Source: Squalus acanthias (lineage: Eukaryota). Taken from it: a stretch of DNA of 64,000 nt. The stretch lies in assembly GCA_030390025.1 (NCBI GenBank), contig CM059427.1:99138001-99202000 (forward strand). Reading direction: 5' to 3'. A model generated the notes under the pieces. The model ran no database searches. It had not been told where the DNA came from and saw only the letters and a program-made list of their open reading frames with translations. Numbering within the stretch: position 1 is the first letter of the stretch; each line of letters opens with the position of its first letter. Shown here piece after piece: positions 63,583 through 64,000 of the stretch. A program made the translations under genes and the position numbers.

Positions 63583-64000
63583 ATGGAAAACATCCTTAAA
63601 CCATCGCGTCTTGACTTGGACCCAAACACCCCAGCAGCCGGTAAGGTGTGGAAACACTGGTATCGCACGTTTGACAATTTTCTCGAATATTGCAAGGCTG
63701 ATGATGACTCAAAATTGCGGATACTCATCAACTGTGTCACCCCGAATGTATTTCAGTATGTCGAGGAATGGGGCAGTTACGAGGAGGCAATTCGGACGCT
63801 TAAAAGACTATATACTAAGACACCGAATGAGGTCTATGCCAGACATCTACTAGCTACAGCCCAACAAGGGCCGGAGGAATCCATTGATAAATTCCTCCAA
63901 GAGCTTCGCAGACTTAGTATGGACTGTAACTTTCAGGCGGCCTCAGCTGAGCTGTACCGTGAAGAAATGATCCGTGATGCTTTCATCTGCGGGCTTGCCT
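63583..64000 (+). CDS. gag: Ty3/Gypsy gag N-terminus, open to the window edge (139 codons)
   Basis: MENILKPSRLDLDPNTPAAGKVWKHWYRTFDNF...ARHLLATAQQGPEESIDKFLQELRRLSMDCNF...EEMIRDAFICGL contains the QxxxESxxxFxxxL gag homology motif. It is missing from the ORF track, presumably because no stop lies inside the window. Confidence 0.88.
   Translation, partial: MENILKPSRLDLDPNTPAAGKVWKHWYRTFDNFLEYCKADDDSKLRILINCVTPNVFQYVEEWGSYEEAIRTLKRLYTKTPNEVYARHLLATAQQGPEESIDKFLQELRRLSMDCNFQAASAELYREEMIRDAFICGLA

Noticed and set aside
1-64000. HACNS1/HAR2 orthologue within AGAP1
   Set aside because: From memory that enhancer lies in a more downstream intron than this window covers, and I cannot identify it in this sequence.

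Overview
Vertebrate genomic DNA, most likely a shark or other cartilaginous fish (inferred from the repeat content: Deu-domain SacSINE1-like SINEs, CR1 LINEs with the GGGCCGAATGGCCT tail, L2 remnants). The window lies within an AGAP-family gene, best matching AGAP1, on the + strand. It holds a large alternative first coding exon (16050-17553) whose motifs resemble the PIKE-L/AGAP2 long N-terminus. That exon splices in frame (phase 1) across a 43-kb intron to the conserved 59-nt exon encoding DAFVNSQEWTLSRSVPELKV (60659-60717). The rest is intron packed with SINEs, LINE fragments, Harbinger- and hAT-like MITEs (several nested) and tandem repeats. The window ends inside an apparently intact Ty3/Gypsy LTR retrotransposon. 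Best leads: (1) this LTR element has no tRNA primer-binding site but an 11-nt perfect complement to its own LTR, with self-priming geometry, that would also occlude the poly(A) signal; (2) a 30-bp tandem repeat just upstream of the AGAP start in which every unit is a complete mini-uORF; (3) several LF-SINE-like copies; (4) an intronic 27-bp-stem hairpin. Family names come from recalled consensus sequences, not database searches, and many repeat boundaries are approximate.
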